Shown here: in pieces, positions 23,577-37,292 of the stretch
Layout of the letters: every line of letters begins with the position of its first letter
Position numbering within the stretch: the stretch's first letter is position 1
From: Eledone cirrhosa
Taxonomy: Eukaryota
Reading direction: 5' to 3'
DNA length: 64,000 nucleotides
NCBI GenBank assembly: GCA_964016885.1
Contig: OZ024741.1
Location: 399,962,001 to 400,026,000, forward strand
Made by a program: the position numbers and the translations under genes
The notes under the pieces: model-generated
Told to the model about the DNA's origin: nothing
Seen by the model: only the letters and a program-made list of their open reading frames with translations
The model's database searches: none

Positions 23577-26083
23577 CTGAAGTCAACAAAATATAATAAA
23601 TTATTGTGTACAGAGCTCAGGTGCACTACAACTCATCAAAGGTGTATGTATAGTACATAGAATAATTGTTTCTACTTTTGGCACAAGGCCAGCAATTACC
23701 CAGTACATTACTGGTACTTTATTTTATTGACCCCGTAAGGATGAAAGGCAAAGTTGACCTCGGCGGGATTTGAACTCAGAATAGAAAGGGCCGTAACTCT
23801 ATGTGTCAAAGCATGGTGTCCGACCCTCTATCGATACTGCCAATCCACTATAATGTAGAAATGTGAGGAAAGTGAACAGTGTATGAGTCATGATATACAC
23901 ACAGACACACACCATTACACACATATACCATTTATATAAGGAAAATGATTGTGTACAGTGCTTAGGTAGACTACAAGCCATCAAAGGGGCATGTATAGTT
24001 CATAGAATGATGTACATATGTCAGGAAAGGGAACAGAGTATGTGTCATGAGATACACACAGACACACTGACACACAGACAGACACACACCACGTGTGTGT
24101 GTGGTGGAGAGGGAATATCAGGTGGAGTGTTGGTGAATTTTGGGAAACATGGAAGATTTGAAGGATGCTTCAAGTTAGTAAATATTTGGGGTTTATATAC
24201 AGTGAATATATACTGTGGTCAGTGGTGCCTTAGCTCAATGGTTAAAGGACTTGGCCATAATTTAATGGATTCTACATAGTGGCTGCTGCCCAACTTTTCT
24301 GTTAAAGTAAAAGGAAGGAGAGGGAGCCTCAGACTCTACACCCCAGTCTTGGTGGTGTATCTTAGCTGTGCCCTGTGGATAAATGGCAAAAATACTGCCA
24401 TGTAGAACAGCCAGCGACACCCACTGCTTCAGTCATTCCACATCATAGGGCTCCCTCTTCGGTCAGGATGTACTCCTTCCAATTTTGCAGGGGAGAGCCG
24501 GAGTGACATTTGCTTAAATTCTTATAAGGTGGGGTGGGGAATCGGTAATTGTGTAGTGTATGTCAATAAGTATGGGATCTCTTGTAATGTTCTTTTTTTG
24601 TCATATATAATGTTTTTTAATGTAAAATACAATTATTAGATTCTCCAGCTGCTGTATCAATATAAATCACTTACCATAAAATTTCACCAAGGATAGATTG
24701 TGTGTGTGACAGCTCACACCTATGCAGGTTTAGCTGGCCTCCTCCAAGGTATATCTCGTTGGAGGTGTCTTGGGGGATTAATGATAGGGACCCCAGTCCT
24801 ATAATCTCATTCCTACAACTGAGTAAACTGGAGCAGCGTGAAATAAAATGTCTTGCTCAAGGAAACAACACATCACCCGGTGCGAGAATTGAACTCACAA
24901 CCTTTTGATTGCAAGCCCAATGCTCTAACCACTAAGCTATGCGCCAGGGATAGATTAGCAAAATTTAATAATCAGGGGGTGGGGTCTGAAAATTAACAAG
25001 TGTGGGTGGGGACGATTATGTTGTATATTAACTTAAAAAGCTAAAGAAGTAATTTTTGTTTAAACTTAACATGTTTTTATTAAATAATATATAAATATAT
25101 ATATACATAAATAACACTACAAATATAATTGTTTCTACTTTTGGCACAAAGCCAGCAATAATCCCAGTGTATTACTGGTACTTTATTCTATCGACCCCGT
25201 AAGGATGGAATGCAAAGTTAACCTCGGCGGGATTTGAACTCTGAACGTAAATATAATGTTGATAAACACAAATATAAATACATATAACAAATACAACCAT
25301 TGCCAGGAACTTCACAAAAAACAACACCAAAATATATGACTAGAATGAGAGAAAGAAAAAAAAGAAAAAAAGAGGGGATGCAAAACCAAAAACGAAAACG
25401 ACCATCAATTCACCACCAAATGTGACAATCGGCCGTACATCACAAGGGTAGAAGTAATATAAAATCTATAGTGATGAGTCAGTTTGTCTGGAATCTAATA
25501 AAATGATGCTGGTGCTGGTACCAAATAAAATTGTCACCCAATATTTGATGGGTCATAGGATCCCCATCATCATGTGATATCATCATCATCGTTTAACTTC
25601 CACACTAGCATATGTGATATCATCATCATCTTCCACACTAGCATGGGTTAGACGGGAGTTGTCCCACTTGAGGCAAGATTGGTCGAGTGACCATGTCTCG
25701 CTCATATAGGATATATGGAAGATAATTTAGCCTAGCAGACCCAGCTTCCTTTCAGTCATTGAGGGCAGTTGGAAGTTACAATTATAACCAACCCATGCAA
25801 ACGTGGAAAATTGGTAGTAAAAACGATGATGATAATATAGAAATAGATGGATATATAATAGGACACACAGGACAAAGACAATGGAAAAAACAATGGTAAA
25901 ATGGAAAGTCTCATCTCCTCAGTCAGCCCCTGGAGATCCCCACAGTTTTGAAAGGTTGCCTGGGGTTGACAGAGGAGATGGGGCCATCTGCTTATCTGTT
26001 GTTGTTTCCAATGTCTTTGTCCTGTGTGCTCCACTCTTTTGAAATTCATATTCGAAAACCTTAGCCAAGTGGACATCTTTTTG

Positions 26084-26140
<57 letters not shown>

Positions 26141-26472
26141 TATTCTAGACCTATAACTCCCGATGGAATTGTAGAAGCACCCTAAAGACATCCAGTATTT
26201 CTTGAGGATATTAAAACCTAGCAGAGCCCATCTCGTCTCTGGGTCTGAAAGACAGCCAATTTCTTCCAAAGAAGGAAAAAGAAAATGATAGAGAGGAAAT
26301 GAGAAAGAGATATAGAAAAATAGTTGATCCTAGTACTGGACTGGTATATTTCTTATTGATCTGATAAAGGATGAAAGGCAAAGTTGACTACAACAGGCGT
26401 ACAACAGAGAACTGACATGAATATCAAAAAGCATTCTATTTAGCATTCTAATAACTCTGCCAATTCGCAACC

Positions 26473-26689
26473 TTAACCCTTTAGCCTTTAAACCGGACGT
26501 ATCCAGCCAGAACTCTCTCATCTCTTTCTGTTCAAATCAGTTGTAACTGGCTGCTCATACCTACATTAAGGTATAAATAATATCATAATCTTGTATATTT
26601 GATATTATGTGAGATAATTATGTAAGATAAAGCCATTACTGTGGAAATACAATAGTAAATATAGAGTAATGTAAATGGTAATGGGTTAA
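26473..26689. mobile_element. TTAA-flanked (piggyBac-type) MITE; copies at 44075-44303, 47593-47775, 50699-51129, 59918-60116, 60828-61045
   Basis: TTAA-ccctttagc..gg-TTAA termini with shared internal sequence. Confidence 0.8.
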
Positions 26690-27616
26690 TTTACAATTAT
26701 ATATACACAAGCCACTATTGAGAAAACCAATTCACGGGAGACACAATAGAGGAAGACCTGCTTAAAACTTCATCAATCAACTCTCAGACGATACAAACCT
26801 CAGTAGAGGGCAGTTGTCAGGAGCAATGGAAAGTAGTGAATTGTGGAGAGACTTTGTTAGGAATGTTGGACTGTGGTTGCAATGATATATATATATATAG
26901 TATCTGTTAGACACACAGTGACTAACAACAGAATGTTTTAAGTCTGCATGTCTGACATATATGCGTAGCTTGTGAATAAAAAATTCAAGGGGTTTTGCTG
27001 GCTGTGGTGATCCCTGCCAAACATCTTTTGTAATGTATTGTCTTATTGGCTAATCAACCAATGAGAGTAATTGTTGTTCAAAAGCATCCGCCACTTTGTT
27101 TGTACATTTATTTATCGTTTCGCTTTCGAATCGTCCTCCTGTATTTCGTCTTTTATCATCAAAATATTTTTCTCGTTTTGGTAAGTTATATTGTTAATTT
27201 ATATATGATTTTTTAAATTTATATTAACTATTTTTTTTTCAGTTCGTTATAACATGCTTATAATATTGATTGTATAATATTTACTTGTATATTTGTCCAC
27301 ATTATTGTTCGTTTTATGTTAGATTATTTTATTATTATTATGTTAGATTATTTTTTTATTGTTATGTTACACTTTTTGTATGTAATATTTAATTTTTATT
27401 AATTCAACTATAACAATTATTATGTAAAATATATTTATTTAATATTGATTGTTTTTTGTAGTTGTTTATATTAAAAGTCTGAAAATATTTTTATACATCT
27501 TACAATAATATTTATAAGATCATTTATAAAATAACAATTATACAATGATAATTTATTATTAATATATATCATGTTTAACTAGAGTTATTACAAGCGTTGC
27601 CTTAAAAAAATATTTA

Positions 27617-28067
27617 ACTAGACCTGAAAAATGCGCAAGCTCAAAAGAGCCACAGAATGTTATAATAAACCTTCAAAAGTGTGGGACTAGAGTTGTTGCT
27701 CAAAAGTATTGTAATCATTATCTATCGTACACTCTTTGGCATCCTTTTATAAAAAAAAAAAGAGAATCATAACAAACTCAAGACGACATAATAATTATTT
27801 AAGTGAATTTATAATATAGAATTCAGTTTAAGTGCATTTCGTATTAATCATTACTAAACATCTAATATGAGATATTGGACATTAGCTTAAATAATTATCG
27901 TGTCGTCTTGAGTTCGTTATGATTCTCTTTTTTATAAAAGGATTCCACAGAGTGTACGATAGATAATGATTACAATATTTTTTAGCAACAACTCTAGTCC
28001 CACACTTTTGAAGGTTTATTATAACATTCTGTGGCTCTTTTGAGCTTGCGCATTTTTCAGGTCTAGT
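27617..28067. mobile_element. Foldback/MITE with about 185-bp inverted arms and about 80-bp spacer
   Basis: 27617-27803 is the reverse complement of 27886-28067; termini actagacctg/caggtctagt. Confidence 0.85.
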
Positions 28068-28216
28068 ATATGATATTATAGGAAGCAAATAAGGGAGCTG
28101 CAATAGAGGAAGACCTGCTCAAACATTCATTGATTATACAGGAGCAGTTGTGAGGAGCAAAGGAAAATTGTGAATTATGGAGACTTTTTCAGGTATATTC
28201 AAACACAGTCGCAATA

Positions 28217-28254
<38 letters not shown>

Positions 28255-28319
28255 GTTACAATTATGATGAGTAAATCAACCAGTAATTAACACAGTGTCA
28301 CATAGTTCTACAGTCGTGG

Positions 28320-28622
28320 GCAAGGCTGGATTTAGACCTTGGGTGGCCCAGAGCACTTCATGTTGTTTTGGGGGTGGGGGCTCATTCACAAAAAAGTAGA
28401 ATATACAGCCAACCCCCCAATTTTACATATCAAAGTTAGCTTGGCACAAGTGATTGGCATTGTAAAGTTATACATACAGGTATTAAATTCAAACATTCTA
28501 ACCATCCTAAAACTAAAACTCCTGGCTGAGGGCACAAATAAATTGCTATGACCGTTGCTGGTGGGGCCCCCAATGCAGGGGTCCTGGAGCAATTGCCCCC
28601 TTTGCCGCCATAATTCAGCCCA
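28320..28622. mobile_element. Dispersed MITE-like repeat (copies at about 42845-43160 and 47845-48120)
   Basis: Imperfect TIR ggctggattta..taattcagcc; shared core ccccccaattttacatatcaaagttagc. Confidence 0.65.
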
Positions 28623-28687
28623 AGTGGCAGGCCATCTCTTTAGAGTGTTTGTATACTAAAAATAATTAAAATACAAACATTACTCAC

Positions 28688-28846
28688 CACTTAATTTTGC
28701 AGAAACCTTTTTCGGCCTTATATTCCACGATTTCCATGTTCCTTTCTTCGTTTACTCTGCTGCATCTTTCGTAATCCAGTATTTCTGTTTCTACGGCTCT
28801 CTTCGTGGTATTTACCAAAGTCTGGATAGTTTCCTTACAAAAATGC
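28688..28846 (-). CDS. Exon 2, EMI-like domain (N-terminal part)
   Basis: Acceptor tttctttcttccag, donor TG|GTGAGT; (R)HFCKETIQTLVNTTKRAVETEILDYERCSRVNEERNMEIVEYKAEKGFCKIK; 159 nt, phase 2-2. Confidence 0.88.
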
Positions 28847-29189
28847 CTGGAAGAAAGAAAAAAAAATGAATCTTTAAAATTTAGTTTCTGTAAGTAAACA
28901 TTAGTTGCTCTCTGACAGGTTTGTGGTCGAGTCTGTAGCAGTGGAGATGTCTAGTGTCCTTTACTCTAGGGCCATCTCCCTCACCATCCTCCAGGGAAAC
29001 ATCTCTATTCTGTCCACCGGGGTCATAGGGAAGCCAATGTGTGGGCCCCCATTTGCTTATAATAGAGTGAGAGATGGGGAGGGTAAGAAAGACAGAGGTA
29101 GTGAGAGAGAGAGAGAGAACATCAACCATATAATAGTGAGAGATTGGGAGAGTGAGAGAGACAGAGGTAGTGAGTGAGAGAGAGAGAGG

Positions 29190-29257
<68 letters not shown>

Positions 29258-29719
29258 ATCAACACACAAACTATCACCAACAACAATAACAACATCAATG
29301 TCTTTAATAATTTCTCTTAAAAACATCTTTTAGGTAAACGTTATTTTAAGATTTCTGAAATTTGACAAACATTTTTCGTAACTTTATCCTCTTGAATTAT
29401 TCTTCCATTTTGATAGTATGTATGCAAATAAATGTTTTATAAATGTTTTTTTTCAAAATAGAGAGAAAACGTGGGAGAAGACTTACATACTACTACAAGC
29501 AGTGTTAGGGTCTCCCTTTCCATCCCTCTCAGTAATTCAGTTACCTATAAGCTAAATAAGCTATAACTTAGAGCCACACACCCACAGAGGCCACATTTAT
29601 AAAAATATATTTTAATTTTATCATTAGCTTTTATTCTTTAACACTAAATCATCAAAATTTATGTTCGGATCTAGCTGTCAAAACGGCCAGAGCTCAGCCT
29701 TCAGAGTCCTGACTCTTTT

Positions 29720-29781
<62 letters not shown>

Positions 29782-31193
29782 TCTTTAAGTCGTTTGGAAG
29801 CCTCGACAATGCAAATGGGTAAATCTCCGGGTAACAAGATCCGATGGTGGAGAGAGAGATGTAAGTGGGTGTACGTTGAGATGCGTGGTGTGTATAAGAC
29901 GTGTAGAAGAATGAAGGAAAGAGTATAAAGGATAAAATAAAAATAAGAACACGAGAGAGAGTTACATTGGGAGAGATTTAATTGTCCCTATATATTTCGG
30001 ATACACATCCATCAACTGGGGGTTTTTCCGGAGTGGGGGAAAGGTTGTCTGTCGGAAAGGTGCGAAACGCGTCCTCCGCTGTTTGTTGTTTTGATATTCG
30101 GAGCCCAACAACTGAGCTCTTGCTGCTTCAACAGTTAGTTCCAGTCAGGAACTAACTGTTGAATGGCAAGGGCTCAACCATTGAGCCCCAACTCTTTATT
30201 ATATATATATAATATGGCTTTAAAAGTGGCTTTGAAATTAGGCTTGTTTGCTTAATTGCAAACGAATCGAATGTTATTATTAATATTCGAAAAACTCAGA
30301 TTACATTTATTGTATTCAGCCATGAAGAGCGAAAAAGTTTTTTTTTTCTTTTAATATATATATATGTGAATGGGAGCCCCTGCATGGACACATTGGAAGA
30401 GGAAGACCGAGAGAGGACTCATCCAGTGATCTCGGGAATTTTACCTGCCCTAGATAGATAGCTGGGTAAACTGGAACAATGTGAAAGAAAGTGCCTTGCT
30501 CAAGATCCCAACATACCGCCTGGTTTGAGAATCAAACTCACAACCTCATGATTGTAAGCTCAACAATATATGTGTGTATATGTATGTATACCTATATATA
30601 TATACACATATATATGTATATGCATATATAATTGTTTCTAGTTTTGGCACAAGGACAGCAGTTACCCAGTGCATTACTGGTACTTTATTTTATCGACCCT
30701 GTAAGGATGAAAGGCAAAGTTAACCTCGGTGGGATTTGAACTCAGAATGGCAAGGGCCGTAACTCTATGCGTCAAAGCATGGCGTCAGACCCTCTACCGA
30801 TACTGCCAATCCACCACCCTCATATATACATATATAATAATAATAAGATACACATACACATAGATACATAAGTATATATATCATGTAGGTGTTACGACAA
30901 AAAGCACCCAGCACACACTGTAAATGTGTTTGGCACTAGGAAGGGCATCCAGCCGTAGAAAACCAGCCAGAAACAGTCCTATACAAGTGAGACACGGTCA
31001 CCTGACCCAACTAGCATCATGTGTGGGACAAACCCATCTAACCCATGCTAGCGTGGAAGATGGACGTTAAATGATGATGATGATGTTGATGATGGCCCGC
31101 CTTTACCAGATTTGCTCAATGATTGAAAGAATTAAAAAATAATTAATCAATCAGAGCTTTACAACAGTTATAAATGGGAAGAGACAAATTCTA

Positions 31194-31445
31194 CCTAATT
31201 TTTTCTTCAAAGTCCTGAGAGTTCTAGCAAATATATTACTTGCCTTTACCTCCCTGACCCTTATACCACATGATAAGTTCTCCCTCCCGACAATGTTTCA
31301 CTTGTAGCAGTCAGTTCAAAAATGTGTCCTTTCACTGAGGGCCCTTGTGAAAAGTCAACAGTCTCACGGCCCTGGTGTAAATTGGTTGCACTTTGGCTGC
31401 ATACCTGTCAGTGAAACTAGTCGGGACTTTGAAGAAAAAGTTAGG
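31194..31445. mobile_element. MITE with about 25-bp TIRs and TA duplication
   Basis: TA-cctaattttttcttcaaagtcctga .. tcgggactttgaagaaaaagttagg-TA. Confidence 0.8.
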
Positions 31446-31489
31446 TATATTTTATCTATTTTCTTTTCACATTTATATTGTTATATATG

Positions 31490-31588
<99 letters not shown>

Positions 31589-31617
31589 GTATATATATAT
31601 ATGTATATATATATATA

Positions 31618-32022
31618 TTAGAAAGTGAGGTTTTTTTTTACAAAATGAAAAATAACCGAGGTGTCCTACACGAGTGAAAGTATAAAGAAAAAGAGATGAA
31701 ATCGAAAATGCAACTGGAGTCTTATTTTTTATTTTTTTCTTATTTTTATTTTTTTAAATATATATATTTATTTGGTTCCTTTACCGGTTTCGCAGTTCTT
31801 CTGCTTTTCAAAAGGTGAGTTGAGATGGAGGGTCTGTGGTTTTTCTCACAGATGTGAGAAAAACCACAGACCCTCCATCTCAACTCACCTTTTGAAAAGC
31901 AGAAGAACTGCGAAACCGGTAAAGGAACCAAATAAATATATATATTTAAAAAAATAAAAATAAGAAAAAAATAAAAAATAAGACTCCAGTTGCATTTTCG
32001 ATTTCATCTCTTTTTCTTTATA
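31618..32022. mobile_element. Perfect foldback (about 170-bp arms plus about 63-nt tail) next to (TA)n, in intron 1
   Basis: 31681-31850 is the reverse complement of 31853-32022; explains twin ORFs 31746..31931(-) and 31772..31957(+). Confidence 0.92.
31888..31925 (+). ncRNA. Minimal type I hammerhead, U3-A8 core (mirror on minus strand 31778-31815)
   Basis: cctt-TTGAAAA-gcag aagaa ctgc-GAAA-ccgg-TA/aagg; all helices perfect, palindromic ACCGGT stem III. Confidence 0.8.
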
Positions 32023-32310
32023 TATACATAAAACAAAATTAGTTTTTGCTTTAGCAGACTGGATTCTTAAATGCATTTGTGAGTTTTATATCAAATAATT
32101 ATAATATTTGATTCGTTTGCGAGCAATCAGCCTCATTATGCTATGTGTTTTAGATGACCATCACCATCAAATTTTTCTAGAGATGACAGATAGAAACAAT
32201 CATTGTTTCTCTCTGTCATCTAGTAATAATAATAAATGTGAAGACTAAAATCGAAAGAGGGCTCGATAAGGATAAATATATATCAAATATATAAGAACCC
32301 TAGAGCAAAT

Positions 32311-32451
32311 ATTTATTAAAATAACAGATTAAAGTTTAAGCAAAGAATCGCTGCTTTCACCCTTAACGGGATCTTCTGAGTTTCAGAAGATCCCATTAAG
32401 GGTGAAAGCAGCGATTTTTTGCTTGAATTTTAATCTGTTATTTTAATATAT
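32311..32451. mobile_element. Short foldback with hammerhead-like fold (CAGAAGA core)
   Basis: About 70-bp arms centred at 32381; gagttt-CAGAAGA-tcccattaagggt-GAAA-gcag..ttgc-TT/gaattt. Confidence 0.6.
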
Positions 32452-32527
32452 ATTTATATATATAACGTGTACTACAAATAAGTGTGTAATTCAAGTAACC
32501 TTTAAAAAATATATCATAAAACTTTAC

Positions 32528-32616
32528 CTATTATCTTCCTGTGCTATAGTTTGGCTGAAGCATCCCAGGAGAAATAGCCAAAAAGCTGGGTGTAAAGATG
32601 GCCCACCGGGAACCAT
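32528..32616 (-). CDS. Exon 1 of secreted EMI-EGF-VWD protein (signal peptide)
   Basis: ATG at 32616; MVPGGPSLHPAFWLFLLGCFSQTIAQEDN + AG, hydrophobic signal-like core; donor AG|GTAAAG; phase 2 matches exon 2. Confidence 0.85.
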
Positions 32617-32771
32617 CCTGATTCTTTAATATTCTAGTTCGGTAAACTGCTTTACTTTTTTATTTTTTCTTCTTGTTTGTTTTCTTTGGTTAAAATATTT
32701 TAATCAGATGGGTCTCGGTCTCGCTGCTTTGAAAAGCGAGTTTGAACCAACGAGGAAGTCCAATCGAAAGG

Positions 32772-32779
32772 TTTATATA
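32772..32779 (-). promoter_or_regulatory. Candidate TATA box of the EMI-EGF-VWD gene
   Basis: TATATAAA on minus strand about 155 nt upstream of the ATG, in non-repetitive sequence. Confidence 0.4.
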
Positions 32780-33922
32780 CTCTACCTGGACTACATTTCA
32801 ATAGACAATACAGCTGAAACAAACAATATATTTTCAATACAGGTGTGACAATGTCTTCATATTTGTCTCAACTAAATCAATGTAATCTTCAAAAAAAAAA
32901 AAGCAGCTTTGAAGAATTTTGTCATGGCATTGATTTTGTGTTTTTCTTCGTTTTAACTTAGCTGGGAATGTAAAACGTGGTGGGTTTGTTTGTTTGCTTG
33001 TTCCCATTTTTTTGATTTACGTAAGAGGAAATCATTATAAAAGAACAAAGGATGAAATAGAAATATTAACAAAGATTGTTAAACATTCCCAGACAAATGT
33101 ATATTGGTTCTGCCCTGTTGTTCAATCACATATACGCCTACCTTAATAAGATTATATAACTTAAATTTCATTTAATTAACAAATATTAGGGGATGTTATT
33201 GGGATTTTTGTTGTTGTTATTATTATTATTATTGTTGTATTATCATTATTGTTGTTGTTGTTGTTGTTGTTGGATTGGCAGTATAGATAGAGTGTCCTTT
33301 ACACTCTGAGTTCAAATCCCGCCGAGGTTAGCTTTGCCTTTCACCCTTACGGGATCGATAAAATAAAGTACCAGTCACGCATTGGGGTCGATTTAATCGA
33401 CTTTCCCCTCCCCAAAAATTGCTGGCCTTGTGCCTATATAAGAAACCATTCTTATTATTATTATTATTACAGTTGCATTTATCTTGCTTTATGTTCATAC
33501 GAGTTATCACCAAGTCACAACCAGTGACCTCAAGAGACAACAAGGTCCGCCATGTTCAAGAAAGAACATACATACTCACACATGCATCTTTAGGTGTTTA
33601 GACTTGTGATGTACTTATATTGACAGAATCTTCTTTAGTATATGGGCAGTTCCCATTAGTACTATCTTTTATATTTCTCCTATACGCTGGTTTCCTGGGA
33701 TTTGCGATAAGTAATCATTAGACCCCTTAGGTATCATTCCTAGAGCGCCTACAACCACTGGTTGTATATATAGCTATATTCTTGTCTATTATTATTATTA
33801 TTATTATTATCTGAGTTCAAATCCCGCCGAGGTTGACTTTGCCTTTCATCCTTACGGGTCGATAAAATAAAGTACCAGTAATGCACTGGGTAATTGCTGG
33901 CCTTGTGCCTAAAGTAGAAACA

Positions 33923-33961
<39 letters not shown>

Positions 33962-34087
33962 AGGATGGGGAATTGGACGCCATGCTTTCTAGCATAGTTA
34001 CGTCCCTTTACAGTCTGAGTTCAAATCCTGTTGATATACATACTTTACATATATAGATATATACATATACATACATACATACATACA

Positions 34088-34121
<34 letters not shown>

Positions 34122-34149
34122 CATACATATATACATATATACATACATA

Positions 34150-34812
34150 ACACGAAATACCTGATTTACAAAAGAGATAGGGATGCAGGCAAAACACCAA
34201 GATGTGATAACAAGTGCAGACTCTGCAGAATTAACATCGAAGATGTCACCCATGTCATCAGCAGCTGTCCAAAGATGTCATCACGGTACTATCCACCTAT
34301 GAGGCATGATGTAGTAGCCAAAACACTGTACAATGCAATCCGTAGAAAAGATAGCCCCGATAATAAACACATTAAAAGCTACAGCAATGTGGAAGACATC
34401 CATGTACATAATATGAAAGAGTACTGGTGGAATGTTCCAGTAAAAAAACCCAATGAAATGCAGGCATAACAGACCAGATATTATGATATGGGACAGGGAG
34501 AAGAAAGCATGCACAGTAGTGGAAGTTAGCTGCCCAGCAGATGCCAATATAATATCAATGCTTAGCGAAAAGGAGAATATTTATGCAGAACTGATGAGAA
34601 ATCTGCAGATACTCCACCCTGATTACACCTTCAGATTTATGCCTGTGATTATTGGGGCACTGGGGTATGTTAGTAACTGCCTCATTACAAATCTTGAGAA
34701 GCTAGGCTTCACAGGAACAGAAAGAACACAACTAGTTAGGAAACTCCAAGTACAATCCATTAATGGAACAGTAAAAATATGTAAAACATTCCAAAAATTG
34801 TGCATCTAATAA
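34150..34812 (+). mobile_element. RLE non-LTR retroelement 3' fragment (CCHC finger + PD..D/E nuclease), frameshifted
   Basis: C..C..EDVTHV.S.C, RHDVV, HNRPDIMIWD..VVEVSCP..EKENIY..PVIIGALG; lies in (TACA)n. Confidence 0.85.
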
Positions 34813-35929
34813 CTGTATATACACATGTACAGATGCAAAGCATATACACATGCACACATACAACTCAAAACACACACATCCACACATACAATAACATCCA
34901 TATCTACACATGCATGCATACATACATATCTACCTAGTTGATGTTGTGTAAATTCCAATGAGAGAGTCTTGTGTCTATGTTAGAAACCGACTCTCTCTCT
35001 GTTGGGAAAAATTTGTAAAATTATAAAACCAGAAGAACATACATACATACATACATACACACATACATACATTCATACACAAACATACATACATACATAC
35101 ATACATACATGTATACATATATGCATACATATATACATACATACATACATATATACACACATACATACATATATACATATATATATACATATATACATAT
35201 ATACATACATACATGATGATGGCTGCCCCCTCATTATCGAGTATGGCCATTGGACGATATACCATTATTAATAATTATTAATTAATTCTATCGAGCAATG
35301 AAGATATTTTTTTAAAGTGAGAAAAAACTGTGCACTGAGCCAATCCCACTCTCTGAGAGACAGTAGCTTTAACCCGAAAAGAAGAAAAGATCAACATCAT
35401 CGGTAACTACTGAGCCGCAGGTTTTATGTCGGAGTTATCCCAGTTTCCTGAGTTGCCTTCTCCTAGAAGAATGCTCTGACAAAGGCTAGGGGTTTTTCAC
35501 TCACAGTGGTTTAACCGCGCGATCGGGTGTCCAGCCCAACTATTTCTGTGTCCCCGCACATATACATACATCTGTACATGTGTATATACATATTTACACA
35601 CTTTTGCATACATATGTACATATATATATGCATGAATATATATGTTGATTGCTACTTCGTGTCAGAAGAGTGTGATCCCTTCATTAAACAGTCAGGTGCA
35701 CACAGGTGACTTTTCAGACTCGCTTTTGTTTTGCAGGTATGTTCACAGATGTGACACTTGAACTGTCTGTCTCCTGGTAAAACCATGTCTGGTCAGTCCA
35801 CCAGCTGACTTGCAAGTTAAGTCACACTCACTGCAAATGTACTGTGGAGTTTATGGTGATAGAACCATCTCATAGTTGGCTTACTTTCTCCCCGGCTCGT
35901 GTGATTTCAGATGGTAACAAAACCAGCTC

Positions 35930-37030
35930 TTGTTAGAAGAAATCAGCCACATACATTGCATCAATTCCTGCTGGATTTTTGCAGGTATTGCACTTGACTC
36001 CTGCTTACGAAGTGAACGCTTCAAAAAAGCATGCTCCACTCACTTTTTCTCAAAGACATTACATCCATATTTGATGATCTTTCTCCATGATGTACGGCCT
36101 TCAACCACTCTCTCCCAGTTCTCCATATCAATCTTCAGAGCTTTAAGATTGTCTTTTATGACATCCTTAAGCTGCTTATTTGGTTTATGCTGTGGCCTTT
36201 TCACACTGGTCATCTCCTCATGCAATAACTATTTAGGCAACCTTACATCTTCCATCCTTTATTATCTCTTTGATAGTTGACATTATCTCATCAAATGTTG
36301 GATCATTCCTCATCTCGGTAACAGTCTCCCTCTTTGCAGCAGTCCATTAATAATTTCCTCCTCAACTACAGATGGGTTGTCAAACAGATCTTTAGAGTGT
36401 TCAGTCCACCGACTCATAATACCTGTTGGATCTTTGATAAGAACATTCCTATCTTTTGACTTTAATGATGCCATTTTTTATGATTGTGGACCCAAAACCT
36501 GCCTTATTGCACTGTATAGTGCCTTCAGGTCTCTGCAGGTATAAGCCTTCTGCATCTCTGCTGGAACTTCAGACCACCAGTTGTTCTTTATCTTTCATAT
36601 TTTACTTTGCAGTTTGATTTTGCTTCTTTGAAGGTTTTCTCAAAAGTGGTCCTCACTGGACCCTCTGCAACAAGGCACCTCTCATACAGATTGTTTTTTT
36701 CTTCAATGAGCATAGTGATTGCAGCATCATTGTCATCAAACCAGTCTCTGTATTTTGTCTTCTTAAGACCAAGTACATCAGCCCAACACTGTAAACTTGT
36801 ATTTTAAACTGTTACCAAGTTCCATCAAAGATGATGTTGTCAAGTGCATTTTGAAGAGCATCTCAGATTTCTACACTCTGCAGTTTTGACACATCTAAAT
36901 GTTTTGGCACTTGTACCCGTGCTGTCCTCAATTTTCTTCAGATTTGCAACTTCATTTTCTCACACACAAGTTTGTGGTCTGTACCATATTCTGCACCATG
37001 CATAACTCTTAGAGAGCAGATATCATATAT
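35930..37030 (-). mobile_element. Decayed RTE-like LINE fragments
   Basis: KDVIKDNLKALKIDMENWE..RTSWR C-terminal motif plus upstream DH..V, WFDDND and RWTEH remnants. Confidence 0.65.
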
Positions 37031-37292
37031 TGCATATGACCAGCTCAAACGCAGTGCAAAGGAAGAACATTGGCATTCATCTTGCCCATGTCGTGATGTC
37101 CTAAAACGCTCCAGATGTGCTTGTTGTTTCCAATAAATGCATTAAAATCTCCAAATGTGGAATTGATGTGTCCCCCTGAAAAAGGAACTCTTAGGTGCAT
37201 GATTCAATCACTTATGCCTTGTGGTTGCTCCAGTCATTTTGTGATCTTTGTCTGGACAGAAAAACCTACTCCTCCATTTCTTTTCTCCCCAT

